From assembly GCA_025465015.1 (NCBI GenBank), contig JAODMM010000091.1:1-50564 (forward strand): 50,564 nucleotides of DNA. Reading direction: 5' to 3'. The position numbers and the translations under genes were made by a program. Shown here piece after piece: positions 50,354 to 50,564 of this stretch (positions are counted from its first letter, which is position 1; each line of letters begins with the position of its first letter). The notes under the pieces were generated by a model. That model did not search any database. It was not told the DNA's origin and saw nothing but the letters and a program-made list of their open reading frames with translations. Source of the stretch: Cryobacterium sp. (GTDB lineage Bacteria; Actinomycetota; Actinomycetes; Actinomycetales; Microbacteriaceae).

Positions 50354-50563
50354 TTAGCCGACGGTGGCGGTCCAGTTCCCGTTCGCGTCGATGGTGATCA
50401 CCGACGGTCCGGCGCTGAGGGGAACGGTTCCCTGGTACGCGCCGATCTCGTTGACGAGGAGGCCGAGGTTGAACGCGTCGTCGTTGAACTGGCTGACGGC
50501 GAAGTTCGAGTCACCATCGTGGCTGAGGGTCAGGTTCGCGGCACCGCCGGAGTACAGGAACAC
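50354..50563 (-). CDS. C-terminal part of a probable exported beta-sandwich protein or lipoprotein (5' end outside the window)
   Basis: HDGDSNFAV...LLVNEIGAYQGTVPL...IDANGNWT pattern with high-GC3 codons; the GTG at the edge is probably internal. Confidence 0.65.
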   Translation of the reverse strand: MFLYSGGAANLTLSHDGDSNFAVSQFNDDAFNLGLLVNEIGAYQGTVPLSAGPSVITIDANGNWTATVG

Positions 50564-50564
50564 G

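Overview
High-GC actinobacterial chromosome segment. Gene order and protein style suggest Microbacteriaceae, possibly Cryobacterium-like (inference). The left half (1-26.7 kb) is mostly conserved core on the minus strand: smc (partial), mutM, rnc, rpmF, yceD, a transglutaminase/DUF58/MoxR trio, coaD, recG, TPR protein, rsmD, thiL, ddl, gpsA, plsC, murA, leuDC with a LEU-type leader, a PP2C phosphatase, terC behind a yybP-ykoY riboswitch, and tRNA-Glu(CTC). The right half (26.7-49.8 kb) is accessory: an IdeR/DtxR-boxed Fe3+ ABC transporter, several oxidoreductases, pseudogenes, and a diguanylate cyclase behind a c-di-GMP-I riboswitch. It ends at a 3' fragment of tRNA-Gln, a likely att site of an integrated element that continues to the right. 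The most notable item is a 10.3 kb divergent cluster (34.4-44.7 kb). It encodes a close bacterial look-alike of fungal uracil-5-carboxylate (isoorotate) decarboxylase, a cyclic amidohydrolase, a deaminase-family enzyme lacking the usual HxxE glutamate, a fused double GntR-FCD regulator and a BMP-type nucleoside ABC importer. This is a candidate uncharacterised pathway for scavenging C5-oxidised or otherwise modified pyrimidines. All assignments come from motif recognition and memory; no searches were run.
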